Of a DNA stretch of 64,000 nucleotides, positions 39,998 to 49,140 are shown one piece after another (positions within the stretch are counted from its first letter, which is position 1; every line of letters starts with the position of its first letter). The translations under genes were made by a program, and so were the position numbers. The DNA comes from a virus. The notes below the pieces were generated by a model. That model saw only the letters and a program-made list of their open reading frames with translations. It made no database searches and was not told the origin of the DNA. The stretch is from positions 1 through 64,000 of IMG/VR virus record IMGVR_UViG_3300009164_000001, one strand, 5' to 3'.

Positions 39998-40498
39998 TTA
40001 TTTTTTTGTCGGTGTGTATTTCTTGAACCTCAAATAAGCAATATCATCTTGTTTTAAAAGAGCTGTTAACTTCTCTTTATTCCCTTTCAATCCTCTAGAG
40101 GCGTCAAATCTGTAAGCAGTTTTGTTAGCCACTTTTGCTTTGTGTTTGGTCCAATGGAACTTACAGTAATACTTGTCAGTATAATATATGTGCCATTTTT
40201 GCCCTTCTCCAGTTGTACTATCGAACAACTTTACTCCTTTCTCAATAAGTTCTTTTTTGTACTTATTGGTTTCCATCCAATCAACTGTCAAGTTTCTTGG
40301 GTCCCGTTCTACTCTTTTAATCGATAATGTTCCGAGATTACTTTGCATGTTAAACTCATACCCGTCAAGGAGAGCTTCAACTATTGCTAGGTTAAACTCG
40401 GAACATATATCAGAAAACGTGTTGAAACTTATTTCGTCTTCAGTTTCAGTATTGTAGTCTTTATGAACGGCTTTTAAAGTGTGTGATTTGGCTTGCAT
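39998..40498 (-). CDS. IHF/HU-like DNA-binding protein (crAss tail-module IHF)
   Basis: HU-like pattern with LGTLSIK and basic C-terminus; conserved position upstream of ring/muzzle. Confidence 0.65.
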   Translation of the reverse strand: MQAKSHTLKAVHKDYNTETEDEISFNTFSDICSEFNLAIVEALLDGYEFNMQSNLGTLSIKRVERDPRNLTVDWMETNKYKKELIEKGVKLFDSTTGEGQKWHIYYTDKYYCKFHWTKHKAKVANKTAYRFDASRGLKGNKEKLTALLKQDDIAYLRFKKYTPTKK

Positions 40499-40502
40499 TC
40501 AA

Positions 40503-41384
40503 TCAACACATTTTGCCACCCATTTTCTTTTTACCTGCAGCAGCCATAGATTGGAATTTGCTTTTTCCGTATTTCTTACGACCAGCAGATGCTGCAATAG
40601 CTTCAGCAGATTCTTCAGACTTTCCTTCTTTCTTTAATCCTGAAACCATCTTAGCAAATCTTCCACCACCACCTGGCTCCATTGTTTTAGCTCCACCTTT
40701 TTTATACTTACCTCCCATCATTTTTTGAACAGGGTAGCCATCTTTATCATATCCAGTCTTTCCTTTATTAGCTTGCCTTGCTTGATTGCTTCTTGCAGTT
40801 TCTTCTCTTTTTCGAGATTCTTGAAAAGGTGTAGATTTAAAAATAGAGTCAAGAGAACTACCTGGTTTAGAATTTTTTACTAAATCTGCTTGTGTTTTAA
40901 ATTCAGCCTGTCTTTGATTAGAAAAATATACACTACTATCTGCAGTAGCTTTTAAAGGATCTCCTGGTTTTTGACCACCATCTTCGTATTTTTTAACTCC
41001 ACCAGTTTTATACATTTTCTTTTTACCAGCCATGGTAGCTTTACCTTCAGCTTGATTTTGACGAGCATTTGCTTGCATACCTGTCTCAAGACCACCCATC
41101 ATATATTTCATAGGAGGCTTAACACCTGGAGCTTCAAAGTTAATTTCTTTGTTCTCCTCCATAAAAGATTCTCCCTCTTTACGGGCCTCTTTCATTACTT
41201 TCTTTTTAGAGGTCTTGCCTCCTTTTTTATACATTGAGTTCATGTTTTCTTCTTTTTTAATTTTAGATTCTTGCTTAAGCATTTCTTTTGTAGGTTCTTT
41301 GCCAGAACCTTTATTTTTACGGATGTTATCCCAGAGCCCTCTCTTAGAGTATGAACCGTCTTTTCTTTTAATCAGCTTGCTCAT
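40503..41384 (-). CDS. basic Lys/Gly/Met-rich modular protein with xxGG repeats
   Basis: 293 aa; YKKGG, YMMGG, YKTGG, YEDGG, KMMGG, YKKGG, KKMGG. Confidence 0.7.
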   Translation of the reverse strand: MSKLIKRKDGSYSKRGLWDNIRKNKGSGKEPTKEMLKQESKIKKEENMNSMYKKGGKTSKKKVMKEARKEGESFMEENKEINFEAPGVKPPMKYMMGGLETGMQANARQNQAEGKATMAGKKKMYKTGGVKKYEDGGQKPGDPLKATADSSVYFSNQRQAEFKTQADLVKNSKPGSSLDSIFKSTPFQESRKREETARSNQARQANKGKTGYDKDGYPVQKMMGGKYKKGGAKTMEPGGGGRFAKMVSGLKKEGKSEESAEAIAASAGRKKYGKSKFQSMAAAGKKKMGGKMC

Positions 41385-41595
41385 CTTCTTTCGGTTTATC
41401 TAGCATTTGTCTTTCTTGACGTGCTTTAAGTGCTCTTTCAACATTGAACCAAATCAGGGTAATACCCCCGATTATTCCTATGATCCAAGTTATACTATTT
41501 GTAAACATGGCATATGATATTGTAGCCCATGCTACGTTTAATCCTGCCCATTCTCCGTATTCGGTTATTTTAGTTGTGTCAATGTTAAAGGCCAT
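41368..41595 (-). CDS. small membrane protein, holin-like
   Basis: 75 aa, one or two hydrophobic helices and a charged C-terminus. Confidence 0.5.
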   Translation of the reverse strand: MAFNIDTTKITEYGEWAGLNVAWATISYAMFTNSITWIIGIIGGITLIWFNVERALKARQERQMLDKPKEDEQAD

Positions 41596-41606
41596 TATAT
41601 TAAGTG

Positions 41607-41867
41607 TTACCAGTTACTGCAACTTCCACAGTTCCAGATTCTAAGTGATTTGTTAATTCTTGAGTTAGGATCATTTGCTGTTTTAGAGCTAGTAAGTTTG
41701 GCCTTCATCCCACACATTCTAGAACAGAATGAGTTTCTCCTGCTACCACCTTTAGGTTGAGGAGCTTTTAGGTTAGATCCAGGGTTAGCTTTTTCGTAAG
41801 ACTTTCTGCCTTTTTCGTTTAAACCTCCTTTTGGATTTTTACCTTCTTTATTTTGCCAAGCTGCCAT
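41607..41867 (-). CDS. small basic phage protein (DUF6321-like)
   Basis: AAWQ.KEGKNP.GGLN.KGR.SY...RR.SFC.RM...SRINKSLR.WNC; start placed at ATG 41867, behind a -7 element. Confidence 0.65.
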   Translation of the reverse strand: MAAWQNKEGKNPKGGLNEKGRKSYEKANPGSNLKAPQPKGGSRRNSFCSRMCGMKAKLTSSKTANDPNSRINKSLRIWNCGSCSNW

Positions 41868-41872
41868 AGTCA

Positions 41873-41880
41873 CAAAGTTA
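41873..41880 (-). promoter_or_regulatory. Bacteroidota -7 element TAACTTTG
   Basis: TAnnTTTG 5 nt upstream of the ATG at 41867. Confidence 0.55.
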
Positions 41881-41891
41881 GTTAAAATTTT

Positions 41892-42599
41892 TTATTCTTG
41901 AGCAGGTTGTTGTGCAGTTTGTGGGGCTCCTCCAGTTAAATCTTGTCCACGGTCAAGAGCAGTGTCAGAGAATGTTCCAGCTAACAATCGAAGTTCACCA
42001 TTCATCATACCTTGAGTAATACCTTGAACCATGTCCATAGGCATAGGAAATTGGCTTGCACCACTGTAACACACTTGTCCTTCACAATCAATGAATTCAG
42101 CAACTTCTTCTGGGTCTTCAAAGATTCCACGAATATTTACAGTAGACATGCCGTTAGGATTGAGGACATATAAGTAATCCTCAATCATAAAGGCTTTGGC
42201 ATTTTTACCAGTAAATTTATCTGCTGAAATGTAATTGGCCTCAAATGGTTTAATCATTTGGATACGGCCTAAACCCGATACATCACCTACATATGTAATG
42301 GCTTCTTCAAAGTTAAATCTTACTGTTCTTGGGATCTTTTTTATGCTTCTATAAGCTTGACATTTTAAATCGATGTTGCAACATTTTGATAAATCAACTT
42401 GTTTAAGTTGCACACACTTTAAATCTTGCTCTAAGTGACGAGTTACAAGACCATTTCTTGCATAGTCTCTACGTATAAATACAGCACGATAGTGCTTAAC
42501 GTTAAATTTGATTTGGCTCAAGGATATTACCTCATCCTGTGAGCTACGTCCACCTCTAAATAGATTTAAAAGGTTAAATGAAATTTCATCTAAAGTCAT
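41892..42599 (-). CDS. tail ring (tubular) protein
   Basis: crAss-like ring features (V.IRGIFEDP, FP.P); gene order. Confidence 0.65.
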   Translation of the reverse strand: MTLDEISFNLLNLFRGGRSSQDEVISLSQIKFNVKHYRAVFIRRDYARNGLVTRHLEQDLKCVQLKQVDLSKCCNIDLKCQAYRSIKKIPRTVRFNFEEAITYVGDVSGLGRIQMIKPFEANYISADKFTGKNAKAFMIEDYLYVLNPNGMSTVNIRGIFEDPEEVAEFIDCEGQVCYSGASQFPMPMDMVQGITQGMMNGELRLLAGTFSDTALDRGQDLTGGAPQTAQQPAQE

Positions 42600-42610
42600 C
42601 TTTCTGTATT

Positions 42611-43768
42611 TTATCTAACATTGCTTTGTAAATATCCTTCAAGTCCTTCGTCGTGATTCCAAATGAATGCCTGAGCTGCCCTGAGTGATTGGTATCCCAT
42701 CTTCTTATGCCATTCATCTAATGCACATATTGAAGGAAGGAATCTCACCTTAACACCTCGGTATTCGTTTACCTGTTCTTTGTGGTAATGCCCACAATGA
42801 GCTTCTCTAAACTCAGTTGTTGCAAACATTTCCGGTTGCTCGGTAGCCATTATTAGTGGCATATCAGCAGGTTTTTCGTTATCTCCGTGGGTAAACATAA
42901 TCATGTTTTTCCCGTACTTGTAATATTTTCTAGGCATTGTAGAGTTATCTACAGTCACACTTGGGTCGTTTCGGTACCACCCGGCCAGGACATCCCCAGC
43001 ATAAAACATTCTCTCATAATCATGGTTTCCTGATACAACAATAATATCAACGGGAGCCACATCTTTCAAGAAATCTACTGCTCTAACTATTAGAGTCCAG
43101 TATCCTTTAAATGATTCTTTCCACCCTACAGTATCGTGTTGAGGGGTACCCTTTGTTGTAGCCATTCTCATGCCGTCTGTATTCATTCCATCGTTTCCGA
43201 TTGGGAGAAGAATCTTTTCGATATTTATCCCTCGACCTTTGTTAACTAAGTCCTCAATTGTATCAAGGAATTGTTTCTCCATTTCTTCTAGGGTAATATC
43301 TGTTAACTTTCCATAGTGAATGTCGGGGAGAGAAATCTCTAAAGTTGATTTTACTTTGTAGTCATGCCCTCTCCCTTTAGTTATTACTCTAGCTTTAGGG
43401 CTATAACTAGCAGCAAATTCTTCAATGTCTTTTTGAATCTCTTCTGCTGACCTATCATTTTTGGTAACTACAGAGAACCGTTGTTCTCCCTTCATGTTTT
43501 GCCAGTATTTAACGGAATTGACCATTGAGTGATCAATCCCGTTTTTATCTAAATACTGTTCAAATTCTGTAATAACATTGTCAGAATCGTTAGATACTTC
43601 AACTGTTACAACTTTTCTATTAACTTCTCTACTCTTTGCCCTTGCAATTTTTAATGCTGCACTGGCATCGTGTAAACTAACTTTAAATTTTCTAGCTACT
43701 AAAGCAGGTCCTTTCTTTAAGAACCATGGCCTGGCCGTTAATGTCTGGGTTAGTTCTAGTAGAGTCAT
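42611..43768 (-). CDS. calcineurin-like metallophosphoesterase with N-terminal extension
   Basis: PDIHYG, GND, GNHD, THGD and GHYH metal-binding motifs. Confidence 0.85.
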   Translation of the reverse strand: MTLLELTQTLTARPWFLKKGPALVARKFKVSLHDASAALKIARAKSREVNRKVVTVEVSNDSDNVITEFEQYLDKNGIDHSMVNSVKYWQNMKGEQRFSVVTKNDRSAEEIQKDIEEFAASYSPKARVITKGRGHDYKVKSTLEISLPDIHYGKLTDITLEEMEKQFLDTIEDLVNKGRGINIEKILLPIGNDGMNTDGMRMATTKGTPQHDTVGWKESFKGYWTLIVRAVDFLKDVAPVDIIVVSGNHDYERMFYAGDVLAGWYRNDPSVTVDNSTMPRKYYKYGKNMIMFTHGDNEKPADMPLIMATEQPEMFATTEFREAHCGHYHKEQVNEYRGVKVRFLPSICALDEWHKKMGYQSLRAAQAFIWNHDEGLEGYLQSNVR

Positions 43769-44202
43769 TATGCTACATATAATCTTATTTTAAATACAAG
43801 TCCATACACAGGAATATGAGATCCTGCTCCATCACTGACTGGGTTAATTGTAAATTTATAATCTACTACTTCTGCAGCCCATTGTGTGATTCCAGCAGTA
43901 TAGGTGCTGTTCATTTCAGATATTAAAGTTGAGTCAATAATGCTTGCTAAAGACACTCTAATGTCTCTTGTAGCAGCATAAGGACTATTTGCAGGAAGTT
44001 CAGTCCCCATAGCTACGTAAGTTTCATTATATATACTTGGTATATTAGTATTGAAACCTGTAGGAACCTTTAAGTTGCTTAGTCTTAGGTTTGAACCTGC
44101 AATAACACCTGATTTATTTATCCAAAAGTTTGTAGACAATGGTTGTTCAAGCTCTTGACGAATATTTTCTAGTAGCTGGTCGGTAGTAGTATAGTACGGC
44201 AT
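43768..44202 (-). CDS. hypothetical protein
   Basis: 144 aa; TAATG coupling to the next gene. Confidence 0.7.
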   Translation of the reverse strand: MPYYTTTDQLLENIRQELEQPLSTNFWINKSGVIAGSNLRLSNLKVPTGFNTNIPSIYNETYVAMGTELPANSPYAATRDIRVSLASIIDSTLISEMNSTYTAGITQWAAEVVDYKFTINPVSDGAGSHIPVYGLVFKIRLYVA

Positions 44203-44206
44203 TATA

Positions 44207-44632
44207 TTAATTTATTAGTTTTGAAATCATTTCAAGTTGCTCTGCATTAAGGTCTTCTGGAAGAATTTTCTCATTAATCATCTTAAGTTCAAGAGTAACT
44301 TCTTCGTCAAGTTTTGCTTGCACTTCTGCTAACTGTGCTTTACGGCTTTCTACCAGTTCAGCATTTTCTTCTTCTAACTGTTTTAGGCCAGCTTCGTTTT
44401 CTTCTTTTATAAGTTGTTGAGCTTTCATTGAAAGTTCAATAAACTCTTGAGAAGGTGTTGCCATTGCTTCTAACTCATCTAATTGTTCTCTAATAACTTT
44501 AGAGTTGATTAAATTGATAGTAGCATACTTAACATTTTTAACATCTTTAGTTTCGTTAAAAACTTGAAACATGTTTAAAAATTCTCTTTTTGTCCCAGTG
44601 ATGTTCACACCGTTTCCTTTTGCTTGTAACAT
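44207..44632 (-). CDS. hypothetical coiled-coil protein (possible fibre chaperone)
   Basis: 141 aa acidic helical protein directly downstream of the tail fibre. Confidence 0.55.
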   Translation of the reverse strand: MLQAKGNGVNITGTKREFLNMFQVFNETKDVKNVKYATINLINSKVIREQLDELEAMATPSQEFIELSMKAQQLIKEENEAGLKQLEEENAELVESRKAQLAEVQAKLDEEVTLELKMINEKILPEDLNAEQLEMISKLIN

Positions 44633-44657
44633 ATAACTATTTGTATTGGTTTATTAT

Positions 44658-45932
44658 TTATTCTGCTGTAGCATACACTCTGATCCATGCATCTACACCG
44701 TTAATTTGTACTTTAATTGCTCCAGTTTTAGCTGCAGCTGATGCAGTTGAACTAGATAAAGAGTTAGCTGATGCTGCACCAACAGTTCCTTGGAAATTAG
44801 TAAAAGCTATTGTTGTTGAAGCAGCTGTTTGGATTACTTTACCTGCAGTTCCTGAAGTGGTGTTTCCAGGAGTAAGATTAATACTTCCTGCAGTACCACT
44901 TGTAGAGTCTCCTGCTACAAGATTAATTCCACCTGCAGACCCACTGTCTGCATTTCCTCCTCCTAATGTTATTTGACCACCTGCTCCAGATCCTGTAACT
45001 ACGCCTCCACCTGCAATGTTTACTTGACCTCCTGCACCTGTAGTGTTTCCAGTTCCAGCATATAACCAAAGTGTGCTTCCTGCTACACCTGCAGCAGTTG
45101 AATTTGCACCTTGAATTACAAAAAATCCTGGAGTTGCAGAACTTCCCATCGAAATGTATTGATTAACATTTCCGTTAAGTGCAATGCTATTGTTTACGTT
45201 AAGATCGTAAGTGTAGAAAGCTGTTGGAGTAGAGCTACCTACGAATACTCTTCCTGATGAATCTACTTTGATACCTTCATTGTTTCCATCCCCACTAATC
45301 CAACCTGTTCCGTAAATGTTATAAGTTGAAGCATTTAAGTTAGCAGTTAGGGTGCTTAAGTTAGCGGCAATTGTAATAGTACCAATACCGTTGGTAATTG
45401 TAACATTTGCTCCTGCAGTTAAGTTAGCAAGAACTGGAGATAAGCCTGTACGACCGATTGGAATCTGACCGTCAGTTGCAACTCCTAATGCTGTTAGAGC
45501 TGAAGTTCCGTTACCCACATACAAGCTGTTGCTTGTTAAAGTAGCTAGGCCGGTACCACCGTTAGCGACAGGCAGTGTTCCTGTTACTTGACTGGTTAAA
45601 CTTATTGTCCCAGATAAAAACTGAGATGTAGCATTATTACAAAGAGCTAAGTTGATGTTTGCAGGGTTAACCTGAAGAGTAATGTTATCACTTGCAGTAG
45701 CAACTGTTAGCAAACTATCTAGAGACTTTATCCCTTTAAAGTTTAGATTGTTTTTAGTTGTTACACTTATAAACAAAGCCTCACTACCAGTTCCTACTGT
45801 AGTTACTGTAGGAAACAAGTCTTGAATTAAAAACTTGTAGTTAGTTGGAACAGTTGAGTTAGCTATTAATAAGTAATCGGTTGCTCCGATACTTGTTTTA
45901 GCTAATGCTGGTAATGAGGTAATAGTTGCCAT
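44658..45932 (-). CDS. tail fibre / spike protein
   Basis: 424 aa, Thr/Gly/Ala/Ser-rich; GTLPVANGGTG motif; about 15-aa G.[IV].[LI].[AG]G repeats. Confidence 0.75.
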   Translation of the reverse strand: MATITSLPALAKTSIGATDYLLIANSTVPTNYKFLIQDLFPTVTTVGTGSEALFISVTTKNNLNFKGIKSLDSLLTVATASDNITLQVNPANINLALCNNATSQFLSGTISLTSQVTGTLPVANGGTGLATLTSNSLYVGNGTSALTALGVATDGQIPIGRTGLSPVLANLTAGANVTITNGIGTITIAANLSTLTANLNASTYNIYGTGWISGDGNNEGIKVDSSGRVFVGSSTPTAFYTYDLNVNNSIALNGNVNQYISMGSSATPGFFVIQGANSTAAGVAGSTLWLYAGTGNTTGAGGQVNIAGGGVVTGSGAGGQITLGGGNADSGSAGGINLVAGDSTSGTAGSINLTPGNTTSGTAGKVIQTAASTTIAFTNFQGTVGAASANSLSSSTASAAAKTGAIKVQINGVDAWIRVYATAE

Positions 45933-45939
45933 TTCTTTA

Positions 45940-46371
45940 TTATAAGTTTATGTTTCCACCGTTTTCTAGTGTAATTTCAGTTACACCATCTTCAGCAAAT
46001 AGTCTATATGTAGTAGCTGCTGCAGTAGTAGCAGGTACAAGGGTTGAGGTAATACAGTCTTTGCAAAATCTTGAGGCAAAATTTACAAAACTTTGCAAAT
46101 GCCCAGCAGAAGTAAGAGTTGTTTCAGAAAAATCTAATTGAACCATTCCTGGAAAAGCAGTTTCGTCAAATATACAGTCAAGGCCTATATCTGATCTATT
46201 CCCCAAAAGATAAATAATTAACTCTAACTTCAATAAATCAGAGTTACTGTATTTCATTCCTCCAACAAGTCTATTATGATACACAGTACCTTTAGTATCT
46301 AAGCAAGTTTTATAAGAACTTAGCAGAGTTGTAAAGGGTGTATTATTAATTGAGTTAGGAATGTATCCCAT
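45940..46371 (-). CDS. tail hub/collar protein (putative)
   Basis: Likely start is ATG 46371 (MGYIPN); lies between the auxiliary capsid gene and the fibre. Confidence 0.5.
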   Translation of the reverse strand: MGYIPNSINNTPFTTLLSSYKTCLDTKGTVYHNRLVGGMKYSNSDLLKLELIIYLLGNRSDIGLDCIFDETAFPGMVQLDFSETTLTSAGHLQSFVNFASRFCKDCITSTLVPATTAAATTYRLFAEDGVTEITLENGGNINL

Positions 46372-46382
46372 TTTATATATTT

Positions 46383-46853
46383 TTAGCAGCCACAGCCACA
46401 AGTTTCATCACAGAAACTTTTAGCAGTTTTGTACTTATTAATTGCATCGGTAATGTTGCTATTTATCACAGCATATTTTGCTGATTCTGATAACAAATGA
46501 ATTTTTTCAGCTTTTCTCAAGTCGTCATCACATTTACTGCAATTGCATGCACAGTCTATTGACGTCTGCAATAGATTTGCAACACAGCAGTCAAGTTCAC
46601 AAGTTCCAATTAAGTATGCTCTAGGAGTGTTTACATCTCCTATATCTTCTAACACTGTTAAAACACCACTTAAAGAAATCATGCTAGATGTAACAGTCCA
46701 AGTGTTGCCTACTACTCCTCCTGCAATACTTGCATAGATAGTTGCTCCAGATACTTCGTTAGTTAAAAGATCTGCGGCACCAGGAGCTGATGAATACACC
46801 AATGTTAGTGTTTTGCAATCTGCTGATAATGTGGAGCTGGTTAAAGTAGCCAT
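46383..46853 (-). CDS. Cys-rich tail hub protein (putative)
   Basis: CELDCC, CACNCSKC, CDETCGCGC; crAss-like hub position. Confidence 0.55.
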   Translation of the reverse strand: MATLTSSTLSADCKTLTLVYSSAPGAADLLTNEVSGATIYASIAGGVVGNTWTVTSSMISLSGVLTVLEDIGDVNTPRAYLIGTCELDCCVANLLQTSIDCACNCSKCDDDLRKAEKIHLLSESAKYAVINSNITDAINKYKTAKSFCDETCGCGC

Positions 46854-46880
46854 TGGAGATTAATTTAAGTGTAAAGATAA

Positions 46881-46912
46881 TAAAAAGTAGGGGATTGCTC
46901 CCCCACTTTTTA
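46881..46912 (-). terminator. rho-independent terminator after the auxiliary capsid gene
   Basis: Long hairpin; the A/C mismatch on + becomes a G-U pair on -, followed by a T-run. Confidence 0.8.
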
Positions 46913-46926
46913 GATTTAGTTTAAGA

Positions 46927-47952
46927 TTATACAGTCTGTAATACAAAGTCAGCAATTTGCTGCTCATCAACTCCAGCTGCAATACCAAGTGCAGTACCAA
47001 TAGTTCCAAGTGCGGCCAAAGCAGTAGAAGAAGTTCCTACGAAAATCTTCAATGTGTTGATTTCACCTGCACGAGCAATACCTGTAGAAGCTGGCCAATC
47101 ATGCTTGTACTGAATTTCAATCATATCGTACTTGTATCCAGGTTGAGCATAGTCAACTTGAGCTACAGGGAAATACATACGGTTGAAGTTACCATAACGA
47201 GCACGTTGTGATTTCTCTGCAGAAATTACTTGAGTGTAGTTAGTAGCAGGAGTAGTACGAGAAGGAGTAACAGTTCCAGCTGCTCCAGTTCCATCAGAAT
47301 TCTGAACAACTACATCAAATTCAACACCTACGTGACGAGCAGTCATAACTAAAGTAGTAGTACCACTTGTAGCAAAGATTGAATTTAAAGTTGGATTAGC
47401 AGCAATTGCATTTTTTACAAAAGTAACAGCAAGAGTAGGAGTAGCAGTAGAAACTACTGGAATCTCTACGTTGAAGATCTGACGACCAGCAGCAAAGTTA
47501 CCAACCAATGGGAATACTTTTCCAGCTCCTGTAGTATCTAAGTTAAGATTACTAGGATTTGCAAAAGCCTCATAATTGGTAGGAGCAGTACGAAGTGCAA
47601 TACGAACCATTACGTTCTTAGTTGTACCCATTGCTGGGGTACCTGCAGGATCCCAAGTTATAACTGCATTTGATTGAGCATCAAGTGCAAAACCGTTGTA
47701 GTTAATACGAACGATGTTAGCAACATCGATGATCGGGGTAGAGATAATATTACCCAATGTTTGCTGAGTAAATTGAACTCTTGTTACTGCAGTAGTAGCA
47801 AGGTCTGTTGCAAAGTAATCAGCTGTATCTACATTGTAGATTCCCATTTTAGTAGCATTTGCTGTAGCAGCAGAAGTGTTGAAAGCAACACCAGCAGCCA
47901 ATAGGGCTGTGTCATGTACTACGAACACTTGAGATAGATTAGTCGGTGCCAT
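46927..47952 (-). CDS. auxiliary capsid (decoration) protein, putative
   Basis: 341 aa, Ala/Thr-rich; has its own terminator (consistent with high expression); crAss-like gene order. Confidence 0.6.
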   Translation of the reverse strand: MAPTNLSQVFVVHDTALLAAGVAFNTSAATANATKMGIYNVDTADYFATDLATTAVTRVQFTQQTLGNIISTPIIDVANIVRINYNGFALDAQSNAVITWDPAGTPAMGTTKNVMVRIALRTAPTNYEAFANPSNLNLDTTGAGKVFPLVGNFAAGRQIFNVEIPVVSTATPTLAVTFVKNAIAANPTLNSIFATSGTTTLVMTARHVGVEFDVVVQNSDGTGAAGTVTPSRTTPATNYTQVISAEKSQRARYGNFNRMYFPVAQVDYAQPGYKYDMIEIQYKHDWPASTGIARAGEINTLKIFVGTSSTALAALGTIGTALGIAAGVDEQQIADFVLQTV

Positions 47953-47988
47953 TTTAATTTAGTTTTAGGCGTTTAACACATTATTTAA

Positions 47989-49122
47989 TTATTCACTCTC
48001 CAATGTTTCCATTGATTGAGTTTGATACCTTGGGTCTTGAATACCTTCTAGTATGCTTTTTATAGTCATTTCAATTATTTCGTGATGAGTGTGAACAGCT
48101 AGCTCACATCCAATTCCTTTTGTAATTGAAATTTCTAAAGGTTTCCGAATATACTTAATTGTAACTTTCGGAACTACAAATTCGTTATCGGTGTAAACAT
48201 CGATATAATTTCCTTCTATTGTATATGTTGGCTCTTTGTACCAAGCTTTATTAAATGGATCATCCATCATATACAGAATATCATCATGTTGGCCAAATGA
48301 GGCCAGTGAAGTCATTTGTTTAGACCCGTCAGACTTTCGAGTTGTTTTAGCAGCTACTTCGATTTCATTGCTAAAAACAGGTGGTAGTTGACCAGCCATA
48401 TTTCCATTTGATGGCATCCATGTTAAACTAACATAGTTAGGTCCGTACCAAATTGGATCTCCAGTGTAATCTGCATACTTAATCAAATACAAATGATTGC
48501 TATCAGCTTGTATAGGATCTTGAGTGGTAATCCCGTAGTTTACAACTTCAGCAGATGTTGCAGGCAAAATTCCAAAATTATAATTATTGTTGTTAATTAA
48601 TAAATCTGGGGTAATTTCCTGCCCTAAAGGTAGGTTAGTTATAATTTCATAAGTTCCTACTGAATTTCTTCTAGAAATAGCAGTTAAAACGTACCCAGGT
48701 GCAGGTGGAGTTAAATCTATTTTTATTGCTTTTGTAACAGTTTCTTCCGATACAATTGCAACAGCTCCTCCACATCCGTATTGAACAAGTGTTCTTACTG
48801 ATATAAGAAACAGATAGTCTAGTGGAAGGGTATACCTATCCACATAGACATCTGAATAATTTGAAGTATAAACTACTCCTTGGCTATCAGTAGAGTTTGA
48901 ATGTTCTACTAATAGTGTGCGAAGATCGTCTATTCTTTTTTGAGACTGCTCGAAACCTTTACCAATACGGTTAGACGTAGGGCTAAATCTTTGCTTGATA
49001 AATCTCATCATAGCAAGGTTCAACTCATGGTCTATCTCCTGAGGTAACAAGTTGTCAACCTGGAAGGATGCAATTTTTTGCACCCCTTGGTTGACAGCTA
49101 TATGCATTTCGTTAACAGTCAT
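47989..49122 (-). CDS. tail ring / head-tail connector protein
   Basis: E.D..LN.A, GFEQSQKRIDDLR.L, LP.DY, YIRKP, CEL...H.EI motifs typical of crAss ring proteins. Confidence 0.7.
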   Translation of the reverse strand: MTVNEMHIAVNQGVQKIASFQVDNLLPQEIDHELNLAMMRFIKQRFSPTSNRIGKGFEQSQKRIDDLRTLLVEHSNSTDSQGVVYTSNYSDVYVDRYTLPLDYLFLISVRTLVQYGCGGAVAIVSEETVTKAIKIDLTPPAPGYVLTAISRRNSVGTYEIITNLPLGQEITPDLLINNNNYNFGILPATSAEVVNYGITTQDPIQADSNHLYLIKYADYTGDPIWYGPNYVSLTWMPSNGNMAGQLPPVFSNEIEVAAKTTRKSDGSKQMTSLASFGQHDDILYMMDDPFNKAWYKEPTYTIEGNYIDVYTDNEFVVPKVTIKYIRKPLEISITKGIGCELAVHTHHEIIEMTIKSILEGIQDPRYQTQSMETLESE

Positions 49123-49140
49123 CGACTAGTTAGGTTTTGG

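Noticed and set aside
44658-45932. Diversity-generating retroelement or invertible tail-fibre cassette
   Set aside because: No reverse transcriptase, recombinase or duplicated template repeat seen in the window
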